In this document: one piece after another, positions 48,317 through 58,096 of the stretch
Numbering within the stretch: position 1 is the stretch's first letter
How the letters are laid out: each line of letters opens with the position of its first letter
Assembly: GCA_965658655.1 (NCBI GenBank)
Contig: CBFHTA010000002.1
Coordinates: 64,001 to 128,000 of the forward strand
Origin: Candidatus Babelota bacterium
Lineage (GTDB): Bacteria > Babelota > Babeliae > Babelales > CAIQNR01
Length of the DNA: 64,000 bases
Reading direction: 5' to 3'
Notes under the pieces: model-generated
Told to the model about the DNA's origin: nothing
What the model saw: only the letters and a program-made list of their open reading frames with translations
Databases searched by the model: none
Program-made: the position numbers and the translations under genes

Positions 48317-51067
48317 ATGAGAAGTGCACGCGCCTTTCTATTTATTTTTATAGTCTTTTCTTCATGTGATGCGTTTGTTACTCGTAGAGATACGCGTCAT
48401 GTAACGATAGAGTTTAATCAACAACCAAAAGATAACAAACAACGTTTAGATTGGGTAGAGGGAGTTAAGAATGCAATTAATAGTGTTAATGTAACACTTA
48501 GAAGAGATGGATTTCTAATTCCAGAAACTCACCCACTCTCAGTTCAATCATCAGATGGGTGGTGGTCAAAAATTTCAAAATACTGTGCTAACTTATACTA
48601 TGAAGTCTTTTTTCATCAAAAAGCGATTTCTTATCCCGGTGAACTCAATAGAGCCTTTATTGTAAGAAGAAACGATGAGCTAGGAAGTTTTTCTGTTTAT
48701 ATTCCTGACGGTATTCCGGAAAAACTCTTTCTTGAGGTGCTTAGAAAAATGATAGCACAGCATGGTATTGAAGCTTCTATTGAACCAGATCAGCATGTTA
48801 TACTTTCTCATATACAGTATGTAGACACTGATCAAGGTTATCCTAACTTTCAAGGAACATTCTTTGGTTTGGAAGAATTGCAAAAATTCAAAAAAGATTC
48901 TGATGTTAGATCTTTAAAAAAAGCTGATAGAAAACTCCTTGAAAAACGGGAACATAAATTGATGAACTCTGAAGTCGTTCAAAAATCACTTTTAGAAGGC
49001 GATTTTTTTGAAACAGGTAAAGAACGGTTAGAGATCGAAAGAAAAAAGCGTATAGCTCCTTATTTGTTTTGGTGGCAAAGTATTCCTACAACTGGATTAA
49101 GGCTCGAAGAGCCTTTCTGGCCACTTCCTTATCCTTTTTTACCGCATGCTTTTCCATTATGGCAAATGGCTCCAAATATGGGGAAGGGAATAAAAGTTTT
49201 TATTGTTGATACCGGTATGGCAGCCTTTGATGTCATTGGTAAGCCAGAATATAAATGTAATCAAGACTTGCAAATGCAGGCGAATTTTAAAAATGTAAAT
49301 TATAATTTAGTTTCTTCGCAGCATAGTTTGCTTGATAGAACAGAACAACTTGCTCAGCTGCTCGAGGTTTACACTGATAAAGATAAAAGAAATCTTACTT
49401 CTATAAAGAAAAAATTACCTTCTCTAATAACTCATTATGTTTCAAAATATAAAAATGATAAAGAGGAAGCTATAGAACCTATCAGGAACTATCTACTCAA
49501 GAATGGAAGACCGGAATACATTGATACTAAAACAAATAAGCTTTCTAGTGCAGGTAACGCTGCCTTAAATGATATTGTGCATGGAAATGTAGGAATACAT
49601 CCTCATACAAAAGAAGAACCCGATTACACGCTCGTTACGCTCGGTGCTCCTAACAGTCAAGAAAAAGCGATTCTTGAATTTATGCCTTTAGCTGTTATGC
49701 ATAAGAAGCCCTTTAATCTGTTTGCATCTTCTTCCAAGCATCTTGATAGTCGATGGATTACTAAGCACACAACAGGGCATGGAACTCACACGGCTGGTAT
49801 TATTGGAGGATCATTAAAACCAGCTATTGATGAACCTCTTACTTCTGATTCTGTTATAGATCTTCTAGATAAAGATTCTGGGATTTGTGGAATAGCACCA
49901 AAGTGTGATCTTGTAATGATTAAAGCATTTAAAAGCTCTGGTTTTGCAACAAATCGTTCCATTGTTACTCAAGCAGTTAAAAAAGCCCAAGAACAAGGTG
50001 CGCATATTCTTAACTTAAGCCTTAAAATAGATGATCATATTGATACAGCCGAATTTGAATCAAAGAGCTTACAGCAAACGTTAAGTGACATCCCATATGT
50101 TGCTGCAGCTTCAGGAAATGCGCAAAGAAATAATATGGGTGTATATCAATCAGATAGAGAAGGGTACCCTGCGCGATTTCCAAATATAGCATTTGATACT
50201 GGTGCATTTGTTCTTTATAAAAATGAGAATGGTGACTATCACTGTCACATCCCTGCATTTTCTCAACATCAAGTAGGAGTAGGGCCTAAGTTTGTAGCTC
50301 CAGGACAAAATATTTTGAGTTGTGGGCTTATACCGAACCAACAAGAATCTTCTACGTACATGTTCTTACAAGGAACATCTACTGCAGCTCCTTTATTAAG
50401 TGGTTTCTGCGCTTTGTTAATAAGTGAATTTTCGGGTCTTTTTGAATCAAAAGAACGAGAAAGATTCCTTGCAATTTGTTATTCATCAGCTTTAAAAATG
50501 GAGAATTCAGATGACTGGAAAAAGAAAACACTTCTTGGTGTGCTTGATTTTAGAACAGTTCTTTTCAAATTACATGTATTAAGAAAACTTAAAAAAATCC
50601 TTACAGATAAAGAAGTTTTCTACACACCACACTCTAAAACTAAAAAAGCTGTAAAATTAAGTATAGAGAAAGACTTTGATAGAGTATGTAAAGGTATTCA
50701 CATTATACTTTTTGGTATGGTGCATAGCTTTGCAAAAAAGCATAAATTTGACGAAAAAGATAACTTTGAAACAAACTTTATGGGATACTTTAATACTGCT
50801 CGCAAAATAGAACATAGTTTAAATCCCGATATCTTCACTTCTTTTGAAAAAGCTGTCTCTATAGTTGTGCATTCTGTGCTTTATGCTGCAAATAAAGACT
50901 CTCTTTCTCTAGATAATAGAAAACAGGTAGAGCAACATATTGATAATGACACCTTAAAAAATCTTAAAATTCTTTTTTCTCAAGAAAAAGTTGATATGCT
51001 AGATCATACTTCTGGTAGTGCAAGAAGAAGAATAAAAGGTGCATCTCGAGGCACAAAATTAAAGTAG
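48317..51067 (+). CDS. Exported subtilisin-like (S8) serine protease
   Basis: FIVDTG (D), GHGTHTAGII (H), AASGN, GTSTAAP (S); signal peptide. Confidence 0.92.
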   Translation: MRSARAFLFIFIVFSSCDAFVTRRDTRHVTIEFNQQPKDNKQRLDWVEGVKNAINSVNVTLRRDGFLIPETHPLSVQSSDGWWSKISKYCANLYYEVFFHQKAISYPGELNRAFIVRRNDELGSFSVYIPDGIPEKLFLEVLRKMIAQHGIEASIEPDQHVILSHIQYVDTDQGYPNFQGTFFGLEELQKFKKDSDVRSLKKADRKLLEKREHKLMNSEVVQKSLLEGDFFETGKERLEIERKKRIAPYLFWWQSIPTTGLRLEEPFWPLPYPFLPHAFPLWQMAPNMGKGIKVFIVDTGMAAFDVIGKPEYKCNQDLQMQANFKNVNYNLVSSQHSLLDRTEQLAQLLEVYTDKDKRNLTSIKKKLPSLITHYVSKYKNDKEEAIEPIRNYLLKNGRPEYIDTKTNKLSSAGNAALNDIVHGNVGIHPHTKEEPDYTLVTLGAPNSQEKAILEFMPLAVMHKKPFNLFASSSKHLDSRWITKHTTGHGTHTAGIIGGSLKPAIDEPLTSDSVIDLLDKDSGICGIAPKCDLVMIKAFKSSGFATNRSIVTQAVKKAQEQGAHILNLSLKIDDHIDTAEFESKSLQQTLSDIPYVAAASGNAQRNNMGVYQSDREGYPARFPNIAFDTGAFVLYKNENGDYHCHIPAFSQHQVGVGPKFVAPGQNILSCGLIPNQQESSTYMFLQGTSTAAPLLSGFCALLISEFSGLFESKERERFLAICYSSALKMENSDDWKKKTLLGVLDFRTVLFKLHVLRKLKKILTDKEVFYTPHSKTKKAVKLSIEKDFDRVCKGIHIILFGMVHSFAKKHKFDEKDNFETNFMGYFNTARKIEHSLNPDIFTSFEKAVSIVVHSVLYAANKDSLSLDNRKQVEQHIDNDTLKNLKILFSQEKVDMLDHTSGSARRRIKGASRGTKLK

Positions 51068-51077
51068 GGTTGTATGT

Positions 51078-52271
51078 ATGCTTAATTTAAAAAAAGGTGT
51101 CGTGTGGGGCATACTTCTTTGTACTGTACAGACAGTCGCTTTTCAGGAATTTCTTTATCCTGTTGGTATCATTAAACATGAAGGTAAACACAAGGTATGT
51201 GTTTTATACCAAAAAAACTCTCACCTAGAGTTATGGTTTTGGGACCCTGAATCTCTTGAGGCCATAAAAGGACTCCTTTCTTCCTATACTCCCGGTGGCA
51301 TTAGGGTTTTGCCTAGCAAAACAGCGATTAGTTTTATTGATAATGATTTTATACGTATTAAAGTTCTTGCTAAACGTTCTCCCGGAACTCTCGATTTGCC
51401 CTATGGCCCTTACGATTTAAGCACTATTGAATGGATCGACGATCAATCATTTTATTTTTGCGCACGAGCTGGAGAGCATCTTAATTTATTTCATGCTACC
51501 AGAGAAGGGGAGCTCTCTTACCTTACAAGATCAACTAATACTCATTATAGTTATCCTCAAAAAATAGAAGGAACGCTCTTTTATTTGGCTAAAACAGATA
51601 AGGGTGAAACAACCCTTGAGCAAGCAGAATATCCCATTAAAAACTTGCCTTCTCGAACGTGGGGTCAAGAACAGAATTTTAAAGAACAGCTTAAAAAACT
51701 TTTTGATGAAGAAAACGATACTTTTACCCAAACCTATTTAAATCCTGTCACCCAGAAAAAACTCTATACTTGGGCAGATCCAGAAAGAGAATTGGCGTTT
51801 CTTTTTATGAAGAATGCTAATAAAGGTTACTTTTTAACACATCCTGCTACCATAGGCCGTAGTGACAATCATATGACTTTTGAGTGTTATACCTTTGTAT
51901 GTGACTCTGAGGTTGTACCCAAAAGACTCTTTTCATTTGATATACCATTATATTTATTGATGCCCAAACACAATCAACCGGAGCGTCTTTATGAATCTAT
52001 TCTTCCATTGTTGCCTATGTACTACAAAGATGCCGTATATTATACCCATGATTCTGGAACAGGATTGAAACTTTATAAATACAATGAAGTTGAAGACAAA
52101 AGTGAGATGGTAACTTACTCAGAAAATGCTCATCATTTTGCACCACTTTGTTATGGGAACAAAATCTATTACGGAGGAACTGTTTCTTATGGTGACGGCT
52201 TGTCTCACACATCTCCAGAAATATGGATGAATGAAAATGGAGACCACAAATTTGCATTTCCGATTTTATAA
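51078..52271 (+). CDS. Hypothetical exported protein, possibly beta-propeller/TolB-like
   Basis: Signal peptide; beta-rich with W/YP blade-like motifs. Confidence 0.65.
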   Translation: MLNLKKGVVWGILLCTVQTVAFQEFLYPVGIIKHEGKHKVCVLYQKNSHLELWFWDPESLEAIKGLLSSYTPGGIRVLPSKTAISFIDNDFIRIKVLAKRSPGTLDLPYGPYDLSTIEWIDDQSFYFCARAGEHLNLFHATREGELSYLTRSTNTHYSYPQKIEGTLFYLAKTDKGETTLEQAEYPIKNLPSRTWGQEQNFKEQLKKLFDEENDTFTQTYLNPVTQKKLYTWADPERELAFLFMKNANKGYFLTHPATIGRSDNHMTFECYTFVCDSEVVPKRLFSFDIPLYLLMPKHNQPERLYESILPLLPMYYKDAVYYTHDSGTGLKLYKYNEVEDKSEMVTYSENAHHFAPLCYGNKIYYGGTVSYGDGLSHTSPEIWMNENGDHKFAFPIL

Positions 52272-52319
52272 AAAATCTTCAAAATTTATCTTTTAATTTA
52301 ATATTTGAAGGATTTTATT

Positions 52320-52347
52320 TTTTAACATAATCATCATTATCAGTTTT
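52320..52347 (-). other. dif: dif site (XerCD chromosome dimer resolution site)
   Basis: Minus strand AAAACTGATAA-TGATGA-TTATGTTAAAA: 11-6-11 layout, XerD arm 10/11 identical to E. coli TTATGTTAAAT; lies between convergent gene blocks. Confidence 0.85.
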
Positions 52348-52360
52348 CGTATAAGCTCCG

Positions 52361-52825
52361 CTATTGCTGATATGTCAGTATAACAATCGGTATCATTGTA
52401 TCAAGATGATAATTAAACAGTTGTTGTTCAAATGAGTAAATCCATGGCATTTTCACTAGTCCTGGTGTTGCTTCAATCCATAAGAAGTCATAATAAAAAT
52501 GCTCTATAAAGAACGTTTCTACCCCTTCTTGATTTATGGGTTGATCAAGTATCGGTAGAATGTTTTGAGCCGGTAAACAAAGAGCCGATTGGTCAGCTGT
52601 TAAGAACCCAATTTCTTGATGCCACTGGAGTGCTTCTAATTGTTCCAAAATCAATTGCCGACCGCTTTTAAGATTCGGTACAGTTAATGTATGTACGCCT
52701 GGGGTTATGAAGATGGTCTGTAGATAAAGAATGTCCGCTTCGGTGTATGGAGTTAAAATTCTTCTTGAATCCCCCTCAGCTCCAATGATGGTCTGTTCGT
52801 ACTCGTGTATTACTCGATTGTTCAT
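52361..52825 (-). CDS. Hypothetical protein
   Basis: GGAGG RBS before MNNRV. Confidence 0.7.
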   Translation of the reverse strand: MNNRVIHEYEQTIIGAEGDSRRILTPYTEADILYLQTIFITPGVHTLTVPNLKSGRQLILEQLEALQWHQEIGFLTADQSALCLPAQNILPILDQPINQEGVETFFIEHFYYDFLWIEATPGLVKMPWIYSFEQQLFNYHLDTMIPIVILTYQQ

Positions 52826-52937
52826 TTTGAGCCTCCCTCCGCTCAAAATTGTTTGTCGATAGTTTCAATGAACGCTTCCTTTTTTCCATCGTTTTTTAGT
52901 GTAAATCCAATCGTTGGATTATTACAAGAGTTTCCAG

Positions 52938-53429
52938 TCACTTTAACATATGATATGGATTTTTTTGTTGCCAAACCCCACAAAGAGTAATAGCCAAAGC
53001 ATCTGTAACATCGTCTCTTTGAGGCGATTTAAGTCTTGGCAACAATTGGTATATAACACGTGCAACTTGTTCCTTGCTAGCTCCACCCGATCCTGTAACA
53101 GCAGATTTAACTTGGCGTGGTGCAAATTCATGGAGCTCAAGTTGATGTTTATGAGTAAGTAGGTAAAGAATACCTCTTAAATACCCTAACTTCATAAAAT
53201 TCTGTGCGTTTTTGCCCAAGAACGGTGTTTCTATAGCAAGATGGGTTACAGAGTGTTCTTGCACCTTTTTATCGAAAAATTCATGAAAAAGACCTGTTCG
53301 TTCAATAAGGCTTTTTTTTGGAGGTAACCGTAAAAAGCCATAATCGAGAATACCTACTTGGGTACCGTCTTTTTTAGCTACTCCAAACCCGGCAAACCTA
53401 AATCCGGGGTCTACTCCAAGCAAAACCAC
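52938..53429 (-). CDS. ruvC: Holliday junction resolvase RuvC
   Basis: LGVDPG, AIE, VKSAVTGSGGASKEQV, DDVTDALAI. Confidence 0.96.
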   Translation of the reverse strand: MVLLGVDPGFRFAGFGVAKKDGTQVGILDYGFLRLPPKKSLIERTGLFHEFFDKKVQEHSVTHLAIETPFLGKNAQNFMKLGYLRGILYLLTHKHQLELHEFAPRQVKSAVTGSGGASKEQVARVIYQLLPRLKSPQRDDVTDALAITLCGVWQQKNPYHMLK

Positions 53430-53453
53430 TTCTCTCCCCTCTCCTTATGGGTT

Positions 53454-54158
53454 CTAAAATCTTAAGTGATGAACATAATAAACAGGAATATTTCGTAAAA
53501 CAAGAACAGTTTTATCAAGGTGGCTCTCTTTAAACTTATTTACTAGCTCATATTGTTTTTTAAATTGTGAACGCTTTTCAGAATCCATAAATATTCTTGA
53601 AAGAGTGGAGCTTCCAGCACCTTCTACATAAGATATTCGACCACCTGGAACAATCCATTTTTCATAAGATTGTATAACCTTTCCAGTAATTTCTGGAGGT
53701 AATAAATTAAAAGGCAGTGTTGAAATAATTACGTCATATTGTTGAGTTGGCTGCCATTGAGTAATATCCGTTTGGTGAATAGTTACGTAACCATTATCTT
53801 TAAACTCATTTTTAAGTGCCTGAGCAAATACCGCGTTAATTTCTATTGCATCAAGACTGTACTGTTTCCCTTTTAAATAACTGGTAATTTCTCTAGTGCA
53901 TACACCTGTACCAGAGCCTACTTCTAGAATTCGTAAAGGTTCTTTACCAATATCTAAACAACTAACAATTTCTCTTGTTACATATTTTGAAGACGGTGCG
54001 CATGACCCAACAACTTTTGGATTAAAAACCCATTCTTTAACAAACGGCTTAAGCCCATCTCCACACATTTCATTTACGCCGTAACCTACAAGGGCTCCAC
54101 AAGTAATGATCGCTGCAAAAAGAACTAAATTTATCTTTTTCCGATATAAATTTTTCAT
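53454..54158 (-). CDS. Class I SAM methyltransferase, phospholipid N-methyltransferase (PmtA)-like
   Basis: NPKVVGSCAPSS, ILEVGSGTG, DVIISTLPF, RNIP. Confidence 0.8.
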   Translation of the reverse strand: MKNLYRKKINLVLFAAIITCGALVGYGVNEMCGDGLKPFVKEWVFNPKVVGSCAPSSKYVTREIVSCLDIGKEPLRILEVGSGTGVCTREITSYLKGKQYSLDAIEINAVFAQALKNEFKDNGYVTIHQTDITQWQPTQQYDVIISTLPFNLLPPEITGKVIQSYEKWIVPGGRISYVEGAGSSTLSRIFMDSEKRSQFKKQYELVNKFKESHLDKTVLVLRNIPVYYVHHLRF

Positions 54159-54178
54159 ACGTATCCTTTAGAATGCAT

Positions 54179-55555
54179 TTAGAATGATTCAGGGGCATCC
54201 TCAAACTTCATGATCTCTTTTAAGAAATGTAAGTTAACGATACCAGTGGGTCCGTTACGTTGTTTACCGACAATAAGCTCTGCGGCTGCTGGATTTTCGG
54301 TATCTGGATTGTAAACTATATCTCGATAGATAAACATAATTACGTCAGCATCTTGCTCAATCGCTCCAGATTCACGTAAGTCGGAAAGCATAGGACGTTT
54401 GTCCATACGACTATCAACACCACGGGAAAGCTGAGACAAAGCCAATATGGGAATCTCTAGTTCTTTAGCTAATGCTTTAAGTGCACGAGAGATTTCGGAC
54501 ACTTCTTGATGTCTATTTTCGTGTCGTCGACCACTATGTAATAGCTGCAAGTAATCGATAACAATAAGATCTACACCGTGCTGCGCTTTAAGTTTCCGAG
54601 CTTTTGCTCGAAGTGCCATAATATCTAGTCCCGCAGTATCATCGATAAACAATTTAGCTTCTGCTAAACGCGCAGCAACATTAGTTAATTCAACCCATTC
54701 ATCCGAAGTGATAGTTGCATTCCTAATAGACTGATGAGCAATAGTAGATTCAGATGTTAGTAAACGAAGTGTTAATTGTTCGGCAGACATCTCCAAAGAA
54801 AACACACCAACAGAGAGGCCATTGGCAGCAGCATGTGCTGCAACATTAAGACCAATAATGGTTTTCCCCATCGAAGGTCTTCCTGCCAAAACAACCATAT
54901 CACCTTTTTGTAATCCAGAAGTCATCTGGTCCAAAACGTTGTACCCCGTAGAAATTCCCGTAAGTCCAGCACTGTTGCTTTTGATGTCAGATAAATGCTG
55001 AAATGTTTTCTTTAACCAAATGTTTAACTGAACAAAGTTCTGTTCGGTTCTTCGATTAGAGATTTGAAAAATGGTTTTTTCGGCCGTATCTAAAATTCCA
55101 CTAATTTCTTGATCTTCTTGGTTGTAACACGTGGTAATAATGTTGGTCGCTGAATTTATAAGCTCCCGCAGAACAGCTTTTTCTTTAATGATTTTACCGT
55201 GCTGTGTAACTAAACCAAGCGCAGGGATATTCTCTTGAAGACCTAATAAGTAGGCTACACCGCCTACTTTCTCAAGCGCTCCCTTCTTTTCTAATTCATT
55301 CTGGAGTGTGACTATATCAAGACGTTCGTTACGTTGCGAGAGTGTAACAATACCTTCATAAATTGCTTTATGAGAATGAATATAAAAATCATCTGGAGTA
55401 AGAACTTCTACCGCTTGAGCAACATTCTCATCATTAAGCAAAAGGGCCCCCAGAAGAGCTTTTTCTGCCTCTATGGCTGCAGGCAACTTTTTACCTAAAG
55501 CTCGTTCTGTAGTACCAGTATTTTTGAAGGAATTTTTCTGGGGTACACCCATCAC
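54179..55555 (-). CDS. dnaB: Replicative DNA helicase
   Basis: AGRPSMGKT, FSLEMS, IDYLQL, LSDLRESGAIEQDAD, KQRNGPTG. Confidence 0.98.
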   Translation of the reverse strand: MMGVPQKNSFKNTGTTERALGKKLPAAIEAEKALLGALLLNDENVAQAVEVLTPDDFYIHSHKAIYEGIVTLSQRNERLDIVTLQNELEKKGALEKVGGVAYLLGLQENIPALGLVTQHGKIIKEKAVLRELINSATNIITTCYNQEDQEISGILDTAEKTIFQISNRRTEQNFVQLNIWLKKTFQHLSDIKSNSAGLTGISTGYNVLDQMTSGLQKGDMVVLAGRPSMGKTIIGLNVAAHAAANGLSVGVFSLEMSAEQLTLRLLTSESTIAHQSIRNATITSDEWVELTNVAARLAEAKLFIDDTAGLDIMALRAKARKLKAQHGVDLIVIDYLQLLHSGRRHENRHQEVSEISRALKALAKELEIPILALSQLSRGVDSRMDKRPMLSDLRESGAIEQDADVIMFIYRDIVYNPDTENPAAAELIVGKQRNGPTGIVNLHFLKEIMKFEDAPESF

Positions 55556-55570
55556 ATAGTGCTTTCTTAG

Positions 55571-56026
55571 TTATGCAGATTTTTTTTCAGGAACAATCTT
55601 AAGCGTAAAGGTAGACTCTAATTTTGAAGTTAGTTTAACACCAACTGCAAATTCACCTTTTTCTTTAATGTTCTTTTTAAATTTTACCTGGCTTTTAGAG
55701 ATGGTCACTCCCTCTTTGGCTAATAGATCAACAACCTCTGATGGACTAATTGAACCATAAAGCTTACCGTCATCATGCATTTTACGCTCTAAAGAAAGCT
55801 TAAGACTCTTAATCTTTTCTCCCAACATTGATGTTTGAGAAGAAATAACTTCTTTTCTGTGCTCAACGGTTTTTGTTCGAGCGGCATAAAAGGCTTCGTT
55901 TTGAGGAGTAATCTTTACCGCCATCTTTTTAGGAATTAAAAAGTTTTGAGCGTAACCTTCTTTTACTTTAAGAACTTCTCCAGCCATACCTACATTTTCT
56001 ACATTTTTTAATAAATATACTTTCAT
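55571..56026 (-). CDS. rplI: 50S ribosomal protein L9
   Basis: VKEGYAQNFLIP, GKLYGSI; rplI-dnaB order. Confidence 0.96.
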   Translation of the reverse strand: MKVYLLKNVENVGMAGEVLKVKEGYAQNFLIPKKMAVKITPQNEAFYAARTKTVEHRKEVISSQTSMLGEKIKSLKLSLERKMHDDGKLYGSISPSEVVDLLAKEGVTISKSQVKFKKNIKEKGEFAVGVKLTSKLESTFTLKIVPEKKSA

Positions 56027-56182
56027 GCATATCCTTTGATAGTTATTGGTTTCCCTCCTAAATTTAATTCAGTATAAAGGAAAAGAACGAACTTGAAAAA
56101 TGTAAGATCTTATTTTTTATATTATGGAGCGAGCTTTTAACTGAGCGAATCATTTCTAACTATAATAATATTAATCCAAAAG

Positions 56183-56212
56183 AAAAACCCAACGGAAAGA
56201 ATTCCGTTGGGT
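56183..56212 (-). terminator. Intrinsic terminator of the small ORF
   Basis: aacccaacggaa-agaa-ttccgttgggtt with an A-run on the plus strand. Confidence 0.75.
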
Positions 56213-56238
56213 TAGGGTATCTTAATTTTTGTTAAGAC

Positions 56239-56379
56239 TTACTTCCAAAAGCGTCTAATTTTTTCCGCTTGTTGGTTTTCTCCATTTCCCCTTGTTTCTT
56301 CTTTGACTTTTACTGGAACTTTTTCAGCTCCGGTCATCCAGTTTCGTAACTTTTCTAATTGTCGTTCTATAAAATTCAT
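56239..56379 (-). CDS. 46-aa small protein in its own transcription unit
   Basis: TTGCTT-N17-TATAAT promoter (56479-56451), GGAGG RBS, downstream terminator. Confidence 0.7.
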   Translation of the reverse strand: MNFIERQLEKLRNWMTGAEKVPVKVKEETRGNGENQQAEKIRRFWK

Positions 56380-56555
56380 GCTGCCTCCTGTCATTATGAA
56401 AAGTTTGCCTACCCTTGAGCTCAATTTAACTCCATTACTACTTAAACATAATTATACTATTTGAAATATTAAAAAGCAAGAGCTTGGAATTTTTATTTTT
56501 TTATATTGAGCTTATTTAACCTTAAACTACTTAAGCTTAATCCTCGGTTAAAAAA

Positions 56556-57782
56556 TTAAAAATTGCTCCGCCAGGAGCAATAAAAGAGCGCTGTATTCTT
56601 TTCAAGAGCATTCATTTGAGCTAAAAGGTTCATAAGTTCAGGAAAATACGATAAAGAGAAATAGCTGTCATTAACAAGAGCTATAGCTTGTTTACAACTA
56701 GGCATGAGCCAAAAAGTCTCAGAGCATACCATTGGAGTTATTGAAGGTAAAAATTCCGTTTTTAGTAACCGGGCACCTGTCGTGCCCGGCGTAAATGATT
56801 CCTTTGTTGATAAAAATAAAGAGTTTCCTTTTCTTAAAATCTGAGACGAATTTGTTTTTTCAAAAAAAGGAATCAAATGTGTTTTGTCATAATAAAAAAT
56901 TATACGACCTTGATATATATTATAAAAGGTGTTTCGGAGTTTTCCATTGTTTCTTCGGTATGACCCTAAAATCAAGTGCTTGTTGTCCTTTAACGCATTG
57001 TCTGTCCACATTCTTATTGCGTACCTATGTTCATGTAGTGGCCATGGGAATACTGATTCGGGTAAAATAAGCACCCTCTTTTTAGGATATTTTTGAATTG
57101 TTTTAATTAAGGTGTGGCAAATTTCTTGCGCGCGCTCGTATGGCTTCTGCTCGTTCCAGCGGTGAGATATTCCAATACATTTTTTTTTCCAATCGCTTTG
57201 CTGTTCACTTGCTGGGACTGTAAAAAAGAGCGCTATAGTTAAAAAAATAGGCAAGAAAACATGTTCATATGCAATTAAAACTTGAATTGTAACAAGTCCT
57301 ATTAGTAGCCCTATTTTTCCAATAAGTGGTAACAGGCCAAGATGGCCACCATAAGCAATGGGTACTATCGGCAACGCAAAAGGATATCCTTCGAGGTAAC
57401 CAAAGAATGGCGTTAACACGGCATAGTTAATAAATATAAAAAAAAGTGATGTAACAACACACTGGACCGACAGAGATTGAATTCTTATGCTACAAAACCA
57501 AAACCCTGTGAATAATGCAAACCAACAAATAACAATACCGGGAGCAAAGAAACGAAACAACCCTTCTCCTTGCTCAATAGAGAGAAACCACACAGCCAAA
57601 AGCTGTAAGGTGTAAGTAATGAAGCCCCACGTAAAGCCATGAAAAAAAGTAAATTTTTTAAATCGAGCTACATAAAAAAGAGGAACTAAAAAAAGAAAAG
57701 TACTCCACCAGAAAAAAGGCATCCATAAAAAGGAGGCGGCATAAAGTGCCGCCGAAATTATTACGTATAACCAAATGTTCAT
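56556..57782 (-). CDS. lnt: Apolipoprotein N-acyltransferase-like (divergent)
   Basis: Multi-TM N-half + nitrilase triad LPES, YDKTHLIPFFE, VCSE. Confidence 0.8.
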   Translation of the reverse strand: MNIWLYVIISAALYAASFLWMPFFWWSTFLFLVPLFYVARFKKFTFFHGFTWGFITYTLQLLAVWFLSIEQGEGLFRFFAPGIVICWFALFTGFWFCSIRIQSLSVQCVVTSLFFIFINYAVLTPFFGYLEGYPFALPIVPIAYGGHLGLLPLIGKIGLLIGLVTIQVLIAYEHVFLPIFLTIALFFTVPASEQQSDWKKKCIGISHRWNEQKPYERAQEICHTLIKTIQKYPKKRVLILPESVFPWPLHEHRYAIRMWTDNALKDNKHLILGSYRRNNGKLRNTFYNIYQGRIIFYYDKTHLIPFFEKTNSSQILRKGNSLFLSTKESFTPGTTGARLLKTEFLPSITPMVCSETFWLMPSCKQAIALVNDSYFSLSYFPELMNLLAQMNALEKNTALFYCSWRSNF

Positions 57783-57791
57783 GAAAAGTGG

Positions 57792-57920
57792 TTATTCTCC
57801 ACCCTGCTGAGATTCATCGCCTTCATTGCTCTCTGGTTTGCCCTTAGAATCATCATTGTTGTCTCCACCACAACACCCGCCTTCTTCTCCATCAAAGTAA
57901 AATAAGAATTTTTTCAACAT
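57792..57920 (-). CDS. 42-aa acidic peptide with a GGCCGG motif
   Basis: MLKKFLFYFDGEEGGCCGGDNNDDSKGKPESNEGDESQQGGE; AAGGAG RBS. Confidence 0.6.
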   Translation of the reverse strand: MLKKFLFYFDGEEGGCCGGDNNDDSKGKPESNEGDESQQGGE

Positions 57921-58096
57921 GACTCTCCTTCCCGTTAATAAAAAATTATTTAACTCTAGATTTTGAACGTAGCTCGACTTTACAGAGAATTCAAGCCTTT
58001 ACTTAAGGTTAAATACCAAAAACTCCTTTGACTTTGAAAGACCCCCCCTTTAAACTGAACTCCTAAATTTAGAAAAAAACTGTAAAGGCCAATCAT

